A stretch of DNA of 64,000 nt from an uncultured Candidatus Saccharibacteria bacterium (GCA_964394435.1 CAYMXN010000002.1:206196-270195), one strand, 5' to 3'; counted from the first letter of the stretch, positions 1 through 10,024 are shown. Notes: generated from the sequence alone by a model not told the origin. Translations and numbers: made by a program.

Positions 1-1173
1 GATATCCATAGTTTTTGGATTTTTCTCCTCGCGGAGAGTTGGGAGTGGCTTTTTTTCGGCTGCACGCTCAAGAGCGAAGCGTTCTTTGAGGGGGAGCGGA
101 GCGGCTTGCGGCTGCTCAACCGGTTCGTTTTGTTTGTTTGTAAATAATCCACTCATTGATGGAAGTTCGGCGGAGGCGCGCATAGTCTGATTTGTGCTAA
201 AGCCAGTGGCGATCAAGGTTACCTTAATAGCTCCCTTGCGAAGTTTTCGGTCTTGATATGCTCCAAAGATAATCTTTGCGCCTGGATCAACGTTGGCGGT
301 AATTTGTTTAGCAATTTCGTTAATCTCGGTCATCTTAAGGTCCCGTCCCCCGGATACGCCAAAGAGTACTCCTCGTGCGCCTTCGATTGAGAACTCGAGG
401 AGCGGTGAGTTGAGTGCCTGACTGACGCTACTACTGGCTCGATTGAGGCCACTGGCAACGCCAACGCCAACCAGCGCAGAACCAGCGTCTTTCATGATTG
501 CTTTGACGTCGGCAAAGTCGACGTTGATGATTCCAATTGAGGCGATCAGTTCAGTGATGCCACTAATCGCATCCCGCAAAATCTCATCGATTCGTTCAAA
601 CGCCTTGAGAATCGGCGTGTCCTTTTTGATTACGTGGAAGATGCGATCGTTTGGAACTACGATAAGTGCATCAACTTTTTCTTTTAGTTTTGTCATCGCT
701 TCTTCGGCGACTTTGCTGCGTTGTCCACCTTCAAACGTAAATGGACGAGTGACGATTGCGATAGTAAGTGCGCCACTTTCTCGGGCGATTTCAGCAACGA
801 TAGGGGAGGCGCCACTACCTGTTCCGCCACCAAGGCCAGCGGTGATGAATACAAGGTCTGCGCCCTTAGCTGCTTCGACAATTTCGGCACGATTTTCCTC
901 GGCTGCCTGCTTACCGAGTTCTGGATTCATACCCGTGCCTAATCCGCGGGTAAGATTTTTCCCGATATGAATTTTTTTGCGGACACTGCTCTTTTCGAGA
1001 TCTTGAGAGTCGGTATTGATTGCGACAAACTCAATACCCTTAAATTCTTGACTCTGATGCATTCGCGTAATTGCGTTGCCGCCTCCGCCGCCTACGCCGA
1101 AAACTTTAATATGCACTTTATAGACGCCATCGTTATTGCTGGTCGTTTTTTTAACCTGCGGCTTTAATGCCAT
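1..1173 (-). CDS. ftsZ: cell division GTPase FtsZ (3' partial; C-terminus runs past window start)
   Basis: Minus-strand frame from ATG (rc of 1171-1173) gives MALKPQVKK...IKVFGVGGGGGNAI. Tubulin signature GGGTGSGASP is encoded by rc of about 800-850. No in-frame stop before the window edge. Confidence 0.85.
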   Translation of the reverse strand, partial: MALKPQVKKTTSNNDGVYKVHIKVFGVGGGGGNAITRMHQSQEFKGIEFVAINTDSQDLEKSSVRKKIHIGKNLTRGLGTGMNPELGKQAAEENRAEIVEAAKGADLVFITAGLGGGTGSGASPIVAEIARESGALTIAIVTRPFTFEGGQRSKVAEEAMTKLKEKVDALIVVPNDRIFHVIKKDTPILKAFERIDEILRDAISGITELIASIGIINVDFADVKAIMKDAGSALVGVGVASGLNRASSSVSQALNSPLLEFSIEGARGVLFGVSGGRDLKMTEINEIAKQITANVDPGAKIIFGAYQDRKLRKGAIKVTLIATGFSTNQTMRASAELPSMSGLFTNKQNEPVEQPQAAPLPLKERFALERAAEKKPLPTLREEKNPKTMDI

Positions 1174-1179
1174 GAGTAG

Positions 1180-2412
1180 TTAAGGAATGAAGTAATTAGC
1201 TAGCTTTTTGAGAAATCCACTTCCTTGTTTTGGAGAGGCTTTTGGCTCAACCATCTGGTCGTTTTCGAAGAGAAGAAGGCCGATCGCCACTGCAAATTCA
1301 GGATCTTCAGCCTGAAGGCTGATTTCTCCGCTAAACGCAGAGAGTTCGCTTAGGTTCGGGATGCCGACTTGGGCGGCTAATTTGAGCTCCTGCCTAGCTA
1401 AATCGACGATATTTGGGAGTTTAACGCCCCCACCTACCAATACGATACCAGCAGGCAATTGGCTCGCCTTACCTACGCGTTTGACCTCATTATTAACCTG
1501 TTCGAAGATTTCTGCAAGTCTGCTCTCAATAATTTCAGCTACAAATTTTTTACTGACAATTCCTTTTGCGCGTGGGTCGATTTTGGGAAGTTCGATCGTG
1601 TCTCGGGCGGCTACTTCCTTGGCGATGGCTGATCCGAATGAAAGTTTGATAATTTCGGCGGCTTCGATAGGAATTCGGAGTCCAATCGCGAGATCGTTAG
1701 TAATATTAGCAGAGCCAATTGGAAGTACTGCTGCGTGTGAGAGACGGTTTTCTTCGTAAATACAAATTCCCGTTTTATGTGCACCAATATCAACTAATAC
1801 CACGCCCAACTCTTTTTGATTTTTTGATAGTACTGCGCGAGCTGCGGCGAGGGGACTAAGGACTGATGCGCTAATATTCGCACCGAGGGATTCGATTGTT
1901 TTCGTGTTGTTTTTTACTGCTGGGCCAAATGCATCAACGATCAAGGTGTTTACCTCGAGTCGCTTACCGATCATTCCGAGTGGGTCGCGGATGTTATCGA
2001 TACCATCGACGATGAATTCTTTGATGATCGCGTGAAGGACAGTGCGATTCGGCGGCATATTAATAGCTTGCGAGGACTGGATGACGCGGTTTACATCGTC
2101 TTCATAAATCTCATCATCGGCGCGCGATACGGCAACCACGCCATGTGAGGTTTGAATGCGAACATCGGAGCTGCCGACGCCTAAAATAATATTTCGAATG
2201 GCGCCTTTATTTATTTTTTTGATCTCGTTTAAAACATTTGCGATTGCGTGTGTCGCATCAGAAACATCATCAATAACACCCTTGCGGATTCCCGCAGAGG
2301 GCATTTTGAGAAGCGAAATGAGCGTTGGTTGGTTGTTGCGTTTTACTTCAGCAATCGCCGCTCGAATATTCTGACTACCAATATCAAGTCCGACAAAAAA
2401 AGGAGATGCCAT
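1180..2412 (-). CDS. ftsA: cell division protein FtsA (actin-like ATPase)
   Basis: 410-aa ORF; N-terminus FVGLDIGSQNIRAAIAEV is typical of FtsA; lies directly upstream of ftsZ on the same strand. Confidence 0.85.
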   Translation of the reverse strand: MASPFFVGLDIGSQNIRAAIAEVKRNNQPTLISLLKMPSAGIRKGVIDDVSDATHAIANVLNEIKKINKGAIRNIILGVGSSDVRIQTSHGVVAVSRADDEIYEDDVNRVIQSSQAINMPPNRTVLHAIIKEFIVDGIDNIRDPLGMIGKRLEVNTLIVDAFGPAVKNNTKTIESLGANISASVLSPLAAARAVLSKNQKELGVVLVDIGAHKTGICIYEENRLSHAAVLPIGSANITNDLAIGLRIPIEAAEIIKLSFGSAIAKEVAARDTIELPKIDPRAKGIVSKKFVAEIIESRLAEIFEQVNNEVKRVGKASQLPAGIVLVGGGVKLPNIVDLARQELKLAAQVGIPNLSELSAFSGEISLQAEDPEFAVAIGLLLFENDQMVEPKASPKQGSGFLKKLANYFIP

Positions 2413-2437
2413 AAAATAGGGGGGGGCACCTCAATCA

Positions 2438-2812
2438 CTAACTGTTTAGCTCGCTAAGCAGTTTTTCTTCAAGGCGCTCCATCACTATTCTATCAGATTT
2501 CTTGATGTGGTCATATCCGAGGAGATGAAGAAAACCGTGAATAAGTATGTATTCAAATTGCCACCCTTGTTTTTTAATTACATCCGGATTGAGGTATATC
2601 TCTCCGAGTGGTTTTTGCTTGGTGTGTGGGTGAGGAAATGCTGCGTCAGCAGGGAAGGAAAGGACGTTTTTAGGCATCGTTTTGCTATTAACCAGTGAGA
2701 TGTCTAAATAAAAATCGCCCTTGTTAAATCGTTTCATTAACCAGCGGGCGGTTTTTACCGTCTTCTTCTTATAGGAGATGTATTTTGAATCGAGTGCTTC
2801 GACGAGAATCAT
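2438..2812 (-). CDS. ybeY: rRNA maturation endoribonuclease YbeY
   Basis: 124 aa with the H-G-x-L-H-L-L-G-Y-D-H zinc-binding motif (HGFLHLLGYDH). Confidence 0.8.
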   Translation of the reverse strand: MILVEALDSKYISYKKKTVKTARWLMKRFNKGDFYLDISLVNSKTMPKNVLSFPADAAFPHPHTKQKPLGEIYLNPDVIKKQGWQFEYILIHGFLHLLGYDHIKKSDRIVMERLEEKLLSELNS

Positions 2813-3264
2813 TAGCCGAGCTTTTTCTTAACTAAATCAGTGACGATTGCGGCGTCCGCTTTTCCTTTAAGCTCTTTCATTACTTCCTTCATGGCTGGGC
2901 CGAACTCTTTGACGCTTAATGAAGCGAGGATTTTATCTACCGCTTGTTCGGTTTCTTGCGCTGACATCTGCTGGGGGAGGTAGGCGCTGATAATTGCGAG
3001 CTCATTTTTTTCTCCTGTGGCGAGATCTTCACGACCTCCCTGTTGGTAGAGTGCGATCGCGTCTTTGCGTTTTTTCGCTTCAGTCATAAGGGCGGACATC
3101 ATCTCATCGTCAGTTAATGTCTCCTCTTTGCCTGTTTTGGCGCGCTTTTCAATCGCCTTGTTGTTCAAGCAGGCGATTAAGCCACGGAGTACTGTTAATT
3201 TCTCGCTATTGCCCTCCTTCATCGCGGCTTTAATGTCCGCATTTATCTGCTCTTTAGTAGTCAT
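2812..3264 (-). CDS. GatB/YqeY-domain protein
   Basis: 150 aa, helical and Lys/Glu-rich; its position next to rpsU matches the common rpsU-yqeY pairing. Confidence 0.6.
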   Translation of the reverse strand: MTTKEQINADIKAAMKEGNSEKLTVLRGLIACLNNKAIEKRAKTGKEETLTDDEMMSALMTEAKKRKDAIALYQQGGREDLATGEKNELAIISAYLPQQMSAQETEQAVDKILASLSVKEFGPAMKEVMKELKGKADAAIVTDLVKKKLG

Positions 3265-3293
3265 ATGCTTATAGTATATACCAGAAGCTGGTA

Positions 3294-3506
3294 TTAGACG
3301 ATGCCAAGTTTTCGCTTTTTGGCGAACTCTTTCATCTGGGCGTCTCGGTGAATGGCAGAAAGCTTGATTTTGAGCTTGCTCGTATCGCGCTTTTTAAAGC
3401 GGCGCTTACGTGCTTCGCGTACAATACCGCTCTGCTTAATACGCTTGTTAAAGCGGTACATCAGGGCGCTTGCTGACTCTCCTTCGCGTTTTTTGACCGT
3501 AATCAT
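3294..3506 (-). CDS. rpsU: 30S ribosomal protein S21
   Basis: MITVKKREGESASALMYRFNKR... is S21-like. Start placed at the internal Met (ATG rc at 3504-3506) rather than the ORF-track start at 3545. Confidence 0.75.
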   Translation of the reverse strand: MITVKKREGESASALMYRFNKRIKQSGIVREARKRRFKKRDTSKLKIKLSAIHRDAQMKEFAKKRKLGIV

Positions 3507-3568
3507 AGTGGTTGTTATTTTACTACTAGCGGAGCTTTTTATCAAGTCCTTAGCGATTTGTGCCTGTT

Positions 3569-4879
3569 TTAGAGGCGCTTTTTGATTGAAGCGGCGAGTT
3601 TGCTGATTGGAACGGTTTCTTGCGCTCCTGTCTTCATATCGCGGATGATAATTGACTCTTCGAACGCTTCTTTTTGTCCAAAGATAAGAGCGAACGGAGC
3701 CTCGAGCTTGTCGGCAGCACGAAGTTGAGCGGCCATAGATTCTTTTCCGAGAGACTCAACGACATGAATATTCTCTTTGCGAAGTTCTTCGATAAGCGAG
3801 AGGCTCTTCTTTTTAGCGAGGTCGCCGATGTGAATTAAGAACAGTTTTGCTTTAGTGCGTGGCGTTGCGGTGATGTTGCGGCGCCGCATAACTTCAATAA
3901 GACGCTCGCATCCAAGCGCTGCACCAACAGCCGGCGTTGATTTGCCGCCGAGGGTTTCGACGAGATAGTCATATCTTCCTCCTCCACCGAGTGAGCCGAT
4001 TAGAGCTTCTCCTTCGACTGGGTCGAGTATGAATTCGAATACAGTTTTGCTGTAGTAGTCGAGCCCGCGTACGAGGTAGTTATTAAGGCTGTAGGGGAGT
4101 TTGAGGTTCTCGAGGTACTCAAGTACTTCTTTGAAGTGGGTTTTGCAGGCCGAGCAGAGGTGATCGAGGATCGTTGGAGCGCTCTCTTTAAATGGCTGGC
4201 AGTCTTCTTTTTTGCAGTCGAGCAGGCGGAGCGGGTTAGTCGTTAGGCGACGCTTACAGTCTCCGCAAAGGTTTTTCTCTTTTGGTTTGTAGTATGTCGT
4301 GAGTGCTTTGCGGTAGTTTGGTCGGCAGGTTTTGCAGCCGATCGTATTTACCTGGATAGTTACCCCCTTAATTTTTAGATCTTCAATGATCCGATAGGCG
4401 GTCAGAATAACCTGTGCATCGTAAATAGCGTCATTTTCATTGCTGAATACTTCGAGACCGATTTGAAAGAATTGGCGGGTTCGGCCAGCTTGTGGCTGTT
4501 CGTAGCGGAAGAACGGTCCGAAGTACGCTAGTTTGAGTGGGTGCGGCTGATGGCTCATGCCGTGTTCGATGTATGAGCGGGCTACGCCAGCAGTGCCTTC
4601 TGGGCGAAGAGCGAGTTGGTCACCACCTTTTGTTTTGATTGTGAACATCTCTTTCTCGACTACGTCGCTTGTTTCTCCGAGGCTAGCCGTGTAGAGATCT
4701 ATTGATTCGGTGATTGGGGTCGTGATTTGAAGAAAATTATAAAAATCACAAGCGTCTTTAAATGTTTTTTGTAGTTTTTCCCAAGTTGGTTGATCTGGAG
4801 GAAGGATGTCGTGCATTCCTTTTACTGACTGGACTCCTTTTGCTGATGACTGTTTTTTCGTGTTTGGTTTTGGTGACAT
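3569..4879 (-). CDS. hisS: histidyl-tRNA synthetase (class II), with a Cys-rich insertion
   Basis: 436 aa; class II motifs including FFRYEQPQAGRTRQFFQIG, and GGGRYD. Confidence 0.9.
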   Translation of the reverse strand: MSPKPNTKKQSSAKGVQSVKGMHDILPPDQPTWEKLQKTFKDACDFYNFLQITTPITESIDLYTASLGETSDVVEKEMFTIKTKGGDQLALRPEGTAGVARSYIEHGMSHQPHPLKLAYFGPFFRYEQPQAGRTRQFFQIGLEVFSNENDAIYDAQVILTAYRIIEDLKIKGVTIQVNTIGCKTCRPNYRKALTTYYKPKEKNLCGDCKRRLTTNPLRLLDCKKEDCQPFKESAPTILDHLCSACKTHFKEVLEYLENLKLPYSLNNYLVRGLDYYSKTVFEFILDPVEGEALIGSLGGGGRYDYLVETLGGKSTPAVGAALGCERLIEVMRRRNITATPRTKAKLFLIHIGDLAKKKSLSLIEELRKENIHVVESLGKESMAAQLRAADKLEAPFALIFGQKEAFEESIIIRDMKTGAQETVPISKLAASIKKRL

Positions 4880-4896
4880 AAGTATGGCGAGTGTGA

Positions 4897-5445
4897 TTAG
4901 TAGGCTGGGGACGTGAATGTTTGAAACTCTCCGAATGGGTAAATGCGCAGGCGAACGAGGCCGATAATTTCGTCTCGATGTACTGGTCCCCAGTTTCGCG
5001 AGTCAAAGCTATTACCCCTATTGTCACCCATTACAAAGTACTCATCTTTGCCTAGGAGGAGGTTTTTCTCTCCGGCAGTTTTAGTGGTTGCGGGCAGGTA
5101 TGTTTCGCTTAATACGGTTTTTGTTTTGCCGTCAGTTGCAGTGATCGTAATAACGTCGTCTTTTAGATTTACGGTTTCACCTGGAAGACCGATGATGCGT
5201 TTAATAAAAAAGGAGGTTTCGTCGTTTGGATAGCGAAATACGATTGACTCACCGCGAGCCGGCTCTCTGAAGCGATAGGTTACTTCGTCAATTAAGAGGT
5301 AGTTGCCATTTTGGAAGGTAGGCTCCATACTGGCACCACTCACTAGAAAGGGCTGTACGATAAAGGCGCGAATGATAAAGACGGTAATCAGGGCGATTAA
5401 GATAACTTCGATAATCTCCCAGGCGCTTAATAAGAGGTTTTTCAT
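4897..5445 (-). CDS. lepB: signal peptidase I
   Basis: N-terminal TM; GASMEPT catalytic Ser box; GDNRGNSFDSR box. Confidence 0.85.
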   Translation of the reverse strand: MKNLLLSAWEIIEVILIALITVFIIRAFIVQPFLVSGASMEPTFQNGNYLLIDEVTYRFREPARGESIVFRYPNDETSFFIKRIIGLPGETVNLKDDVITITATDGKTKTVLSETYLPATTKTAGEKNLLLGKDEYFVMGDNRGNSFDSRNWGPVHRDEIIGLVRLRIYPFGEFQTFTSPAY

Positions 5446-5502
5446 AGGAGGAGGTGCGTAATACTGCTGATTTTACTATAATGGGTAAGGTAAATCAAAT
5501 AT

Positions 5503-5997
5503 ATGAATATTCGTGTTATTGCGGGTCTTGGTAATGAAGGAGGGGAGTACGAAAAGACGTATCATAATGTCGGCTCTTTTGCCGCCTCTTATTTTAAAAA
5601 GGCACATTTGGATGAATACCCTCTAGTGAAATTCGAAGATCAAATTGGCGGATATATGAATAGTATTGGTATTCCACTTTTTCGCTTAATTAAGTCGGCC
5701 GGTATTTCGCCTAGTGAGGTCGTGATTATCCATGATGACAGTGATCAGCTCGCGGGTGATTTTAAGCTTGTTTTTGGCGGGGGGAGCGGTGGGCACAAGG
5801 GAGTAGTGAGTGTAATCGATAATTTTCAAACTGATCAGTTTTGGAGGTTAAAAATTGGTATTCGCGATCCAAAAGAACAAGTCCGACAGAAGGCGGAGGA
5901 GTTTGTATTAAAGCACTGGTCCAAGGCGGAAGAGGAGGTCTTTGTTTCTGTGCTTGAGCGGGCGTGGGAGGAGTTGCGAGGGAAAAAGCTTGTCTAA
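5503..5997 (+). CDS. pth: peptidyl-tRNA hydrolase
   Basis: GLGNEGGEYEKTYHNVG matches the Pth N-terminal signature. Confidence 0.85.
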   Translation: MNIRVIAGLGNEGGEYEKTYHNVGSFAASYFKKAHLDEYPLVKFEDQIGGYMNSIGIPLFRLIKSAGISPSEVVIIHDDSDQLAGDFKLVFGGGSGGHKGVVSVIDNFQTDQFWRLKIGIRDPKEQVRQKAEEFVLKHWSKAEEEVFVSVLERAWEELRGKKLV

Positions 5998-7511
5998 AAC
6001 TCGAGCGAGGTTAGTTTGAATGTGAGAGAAAAGCTTACTGTTTGGTCGTTTTCTGTCTTGATTTGAGAAAGAGGAAGTACGACGTTAGTGATGTTTTTCT
6101 CTTCCGCGAGACGATTTTTAAAGTTGATTGCGGTAAGTTCGTTGGTTGCTTTGCCGACAAGTAGTACGGTTAGATTAGACTTGTCAGCGCTGACTTTTTC
6201 GATCGTGATGCCGGTTCCCGTAATCGCAGTAAGGCGGGTAAGGAATGGGGACCATGGTTTTCGTAGCGTCAGTGCTTTTTCAGTAATGCTTAATATTGTA
6301 TTGAAATTTTGAGCTTTATCACGCAGTGCGTTGATGGCGAGCGTGTCTTCGTTGTTGATTTGTTGAGCTGCGCGCATACTGATTTCTTTTTGGTATCGAG
6401 CGATGATCGTGTCGACAAATGTGGTCGCGCCCATAAGAAGTATGAGGCTTGCGATAATAATGGTTCGCCAAACCTGACCAAAGGTGACTAGGCGTCCTCG
6501 GTAGTACTCATTTTGCGCATTTCGTTCACTTAGGCTGATCGCGGTATCGGCCGAAGTTGATTGTATTCCCCTGATGGCCGCCCCGAGAGATACGTACCAA
6601 GAAGGAGAGAGTGGTTTGTCTGTTTCTCCTAGAGTGAGGTTTTTGATGAGTAGGTTAAAGTTCTCTTTTCCAATTTGTACAATTTCGTAATTAAAGAATG
6701 GTGAGATTAAGATAATTTCTTCAAGCCGTTTGTTTGCGTGGCTGGCGTAGAAGTTTAATACACGCTGGAGTTCTTGAGTGAGGAATGCTTTTACGTCTTC
6801 AAATGAGAGTGCTTCGTTGCGTGCCTTAATAGCGTCAGACCAAGGAGTGAAGTGGTTAAATGAAAGATTATTATTTTTTAAGATGATCGTAAGTACTCCT
6901 TCGGCGCTTAAATACAGGCCAAGATAGTGCTGACTCACGTTTATATTTTCCCAGCGGTCTTTGATGAGGCGGGCGAGTGAAAGCCCGGGAAATTCTACCG
7001 CGACCGTACTAAATCCTGCCGCAGAGAGCGCTTCGGTGTACGCGTCGATGTCTTTGCGCGTTGCAAACGCGCCAAGGAGGTCTGCGTGTCCAGCATCTTT
7101 ATTCTCTTTGATTTCTTGCCAATCGTAATAGCTTTCTTCTGGACGAGAAGGAGAGATTGTCTGGAGGTTAAGACTTATGGCTTCTTCGATTTTTGAGTCT
7201 TCAAGATAAGGGATATTAAATGATTGCGCATAAACTAGCTGGGATGGAACCACTAATACCACGTTGAGGCGTTTGGTAAGTGGTGCGATTTGAAGATGGA
7301 GAGACTGGAGTGCCGCGATGAGGTTTTTTTGATCTTTGATTTTTCCCATCTCGATTATTCCCGCGGGAAGTTTGAGTGAGGCTTGTAGGATGTTGCTTGA
7401 GTTTTCAATAGAGATAAACTTTAGTCCATTGGTTGAAATCTCAAGACCCGCAACCTTTGGTTGAGAGATGATGACATCTTTTATTTTTTTGAGTATATCG
7501 CTTATGTTCAT
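5994..7511 (-). CDS. type IV pilus assembly protein, PilM-like actin-fold domain fused to a PilN-like TM/coiled-coil region
   Basis: 505 aa; N-terminal actin-like ATPase segment, then a single TM (VWRTIIIASLILLMGATTF) and a coiled-coil tail; sits in the pilus locus. Confidence 0.5.
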   Translation of the reverse strand: MNISDILKKIKDVIISQPKVAGLEISTNGLKFISIENSSNILQASLKLPAGIIEMGKIKDQKNLIAALQSLHLQIAPLTKRLNVVLVVPSQLVYAQSFNIPYLEDSKIEEAISLNLQTISPSRPEESYYDWQEIKENKDAGHADLLGAFATRKDIDAYTEALSAAGFSTVAVEFPGLSLARLIKDRWENINVSQHYLGLYLSAEGVLTIILKNNNLSFNHFTPWSDAIKARNEALSFEDVKAFLTQELQRVLNFYASHANKRLEEIILISPFFNYEIVQIGKENFNLLIKNLTLGETDKPLSPSWYVSLGAAIRGIQSTSADTAISLSERNAQNEYYRGRLVTFGQVWRTIIIASLILLMGATTFVDTIIARYQKEISMRAAQQINNEDTLAINALRDKAQNFNTILSITEKALTLRKPWSPFLTRLTAITGTGITIEKVSADKSNLTVLLVGKATNELTAINFKNRLAEEKNITNVVLPLSQIKTENDQTVSFSLTFKLTSLEF

Positions 7512-7972
7512 AGCGCTTCTTCTTGTATGTTGTCGACAATAACTTCTCCGGTTGTTTGGTCTACGCTTAGTGTTGCAACCAGTTTATGTTTTTTAGTTAG
7601 CGATGCTCCAGTTGAACTGATTTCTGTTTTACCTGTGCCAGCGCAGCTGTCTTTGCAGATTGTAATTGTTGCGGTTCCGGTTGTTGTTTCGATCTGATAA
7701 CTACTTGGGCAGGCTGCGTTTGGGCAGGTTTTGTCTTGCACCACCTTAAGTATACCGTCTTCAATACCCGTTTGCGCAGCTGCTAGTGCCTGATCAGAGA
7801 GGCGATTGGCGTAGAGTGTATTGTTGAGGTAGTAGACGAGCAGTGCGCTTACGATTCCAATTTCGATAATAATGCCCCCAAATAAAAGGATCGCGGGTAA
7901 TGAGGCGATTCCTTTTGTACTTCGTAGCTTACAGCTGACAGCTTGTAGCTTTTTATAGAAGGGAAGCAGCAT
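7508..7972 (-). CDS. hypothetical membrane-anchored protein in the pilus locus (possible pilus-associated component)
   Basis: 154 aa; N-terminal hydrophobic anchor; Cys-containing C-terminal domain; gene-order context only. Confidence 0.3.
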   Translation of the reverse strand: MLLPFYKKLQAVSCKLRSTKGIASLPAILLFGGIIIEIGIVSALLVYYLNNTLYANRLSDQALAAAQTGIEDGILKVVQDKTCPNAACPSSYQIETTTGTATITICKDSCAGTGKTEISSTGASLTKKHKLVATLSVDQTTGEVIVDNIQEEAL

Positions 7973-8023
7973 AGGTATGGTTATATTTTACTACAAGCTA
8001 AGCAGTTGTGCGTTATGTACTCA

Positions 8024-9430
8024 CTACGGGCTCCAGCTGATCACGATATCGTCGACTTGAGGCGAGAGTGTTTTTTCGATATTTGACTCGAGGTATACGC
8101 GGTAGCGTACATAGCGATTATTGTCGTGATTGGTCCGGTTGGTACGGATTTGGGTATTTGGTCCAGCTGGTTGATAGAAGGTGCTTGCGCTGTTATCTGG
8201 TCCGATGTATGTCCATGGTCCAGATGATGAGTTTGATGTGGCGATTTGGAATTTTACATTTGTTCCAGCTGGTTGGGTTCCTTGCCAGAGCAGGCTGTTG
8301 TAAGCGGCTCCTCCTATAATCTGCGTGTCAAAAATACTTGAGGTTAATTGTGCTGATACGGTCGTCGTTGACCAGAGCGTCTTCACCTTATATGAAGAGG
8401 TTGCGCAGCTGCTCGTATTTTCGCAGCTAAAGCTAATCCAACCAATAACATCGTTCCATGCCCAACCGCTGAAATTTCCGTTAATATCAATCGTTACCCC
8501 GTAAGTGGCATCAATTGAACTTGAGGCGAAGCTAATCCAGCCGATTGTATCGTTCCACGCCCAACCAGAGAGGTTTCCGTTGCCGTCATTAACAACGCCA
8601 TATGGATGTGTGCAGCTCGGGGAGGGGGCTGTGGCGCAATCGAAGGCGATATATCCAACAGCGGAAGAGGCGTATCCAAGTAGCTGCGTGCTTGAAACGA
8701 CTACGGTATTAGTCGTGCTGAAGTCTATCCAACCAATAACGTCGTTCCAGGCCCATTTGTCTGAAGAGTCGATGTTGGTTGTGCTCGTACTACTGCTGGC
8801 GCTTAGATCGTTTATCGTAAGTTGCCCAGCGATGCTGTAGGTGATGTTTGATGAGCTACTAAAGCCCGTGGATGGACTCGTGTATGGTCCGTTATTACCT
8901 GGTCCGGCAGTCCAGTTTGTTTGTTGGAAGACGCGGCTTTTATTACGAGCGATATATTTTATTGCAGATACGTTTGCAGTTTCTCCGGCTTGTTGCCAGG
9001 TTGCGGTTGCTTGTATTTTAAGCGTAGAGGGATCGAGTGTGCCGCTGATTGCTATGGCTTCGTTATCGTCTCGATAAACGTCTTCAATGGAGAAGTAGCG
9101 AGTGTATGTTTGATTGCCTGACACAACCTCTTCACTTCCACTGGCAAGAGTAAAAAATGAATCAGCTTGGATGAGGTGGAATTGACTCGATGGTCCATGC
9201 GGAGTTGCGTCAGCGATTATGTGCCAGTCTGCTTGAGCGGCAACTGAAACTTGATCAAGCAATCCATTGGCGAGTTCGATCGCTGGTTGGCTATTTTGAT
9301 TTTGTCCGCTGATTCGCAGACTGACAACCATAATACCAATCGCCCCGGTTATAAAAATTGTTGCGATGCCTATGCCAATAAGCGTCTCGATCAGAGATTG
9401 CCCAAAGTTGTTTTTTATTAACTTTCTCAT
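8024..9430 (-). CDS. large pilin-like protein (class III signal peptide) with three WAWND-x-IGWI-x-F repeats; candidate pilus tip protein or adhesin
   Basis: Start set at the internal Met (MRKLIKNNFG|QSLIETLIGIGI), which has a prepilin-peptidase site with Glu at +5. The C-terminal region carries three near-identical WAWND[VT]IGWI[DS]F blocks. Confidence 0.6.
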   Translation of the reverse strand: MRKLIKNNFGQSLIETLIGIGIATIFITGAIGIMVVSLRISGQNQNSQPAIELANGLLDQVSVAAQADWHIIADATPHGPSSQFHLIQADSFFTLASGSEEVVSGNQTYTRYFSIEDVYRDDNEAIAISGTLDPSTLKIQATATWQQAGETANVSAIKYIARNKSRVFQQTNWTAGPGNNGPYTSPSTGFSSSSNITYSIAGQLTINDLSASSSTSTTNIDSSDKWAWNDVIGWIDFSTTNTVVVSSTQLLGYASSAVGYIAFDCATAPSPSCTHPYGVVNDGNGNLSGWAWNDTIGWISFASSSIDATYGVTIDINGNFSGWAWNDVIGWISFSCENTSSCATSSYKVKTLWSTTTVSAQLTSSIFDTQIIGGAAYNSLLWQGTQPAGTNVKFQIATSNSSSGPWTYIGPDNSASTFYQPAGPNTQIRTNRTNHDNNRYVRYRVYLESNIEKTLSPQVDDIVISWSP

Positions 9431-9470
9431 TCCTTTAAGCTTACCGCTAAATGTCAAAAGCTTAAAGCGT

Positions 9471-9986
9471 TTACTGGTAGTCAATTTTACCAGTGGTATC
9501 AATGCTAATTATGACTTGTGATGAGGTGCTTGATCCGGCTTGCAATATGATTGTTGAGCTCGTATTTGGAAGGCCGGTAAGTTTTGAGAACAGAATTGTC
9601 AGCGACTCTCCTGGAAGGGGGTTAGTAAATTCGATATTGCTTTTTGCGGAGTGTTGTTCGGTGATCAGGCCAGGGGCGGCTGCATATGTCGAGGAGCTTA
9701 CCAGGGCCTCGTCAGCCATAAAGAGTGCGTATGTGTCTCGCTCGGATTCGTTGTTTTGTATATATACCCCCCAACGACTCTCGTTGTCTTGGTGTCGACT
9801 TAACTCTCTCGCTGACTCGAGTAGTCCGCTAATCGTTCGGCCTTCATTTTCGAGGCTTTGATGGCTTAAAAATTGAAACAGCTCAACACTTCCCGCGACA
9901 GCGATGATTGTGGATATGGTGATTGAGAGGAGTACTTCAATAAAAGTGAATCCACGGGGTTGCTTGGTGTCTGATGGGCTGGACAT
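9471..9986 (-). CDS. minor pilin / pseudopilin (prepilin-type N-terminal cleavage/methylation domain)
   Basis: MSSPSDTKQPRG|FTFIEVLLSITISTIIAVAG is a canonical class III leader. Confidence 0.7.
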   Translation of the reverse strand: MSSPSDTKQPRGFTFIEVLLSITISTIIAVAGSVELFQFLSHQSLENEGRTISGLLESARELSRHQDNESRWGVYIQNNESERDTYALFMADEALVSSSTYAAAPGLITEQHSAKSNIEFTNPLPGESLTILFSKLTGLPNTSSTIILQAGSSTSSQVIISIDTTGKIDYQ

Positions 9987-10024
9987 TGAGTTGGGTGATT
10001 TCGGCTGCCGATTGTCGGCTTTTA

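Noticed and set aside
443-1167. Plus-strand ORFs 443..970, 721..942 and 967..1167
   Set aside because: Antisense to the clearly identifiable ftsZ reading frame; low-complexity Ala/Ser/Pro-rich translations.
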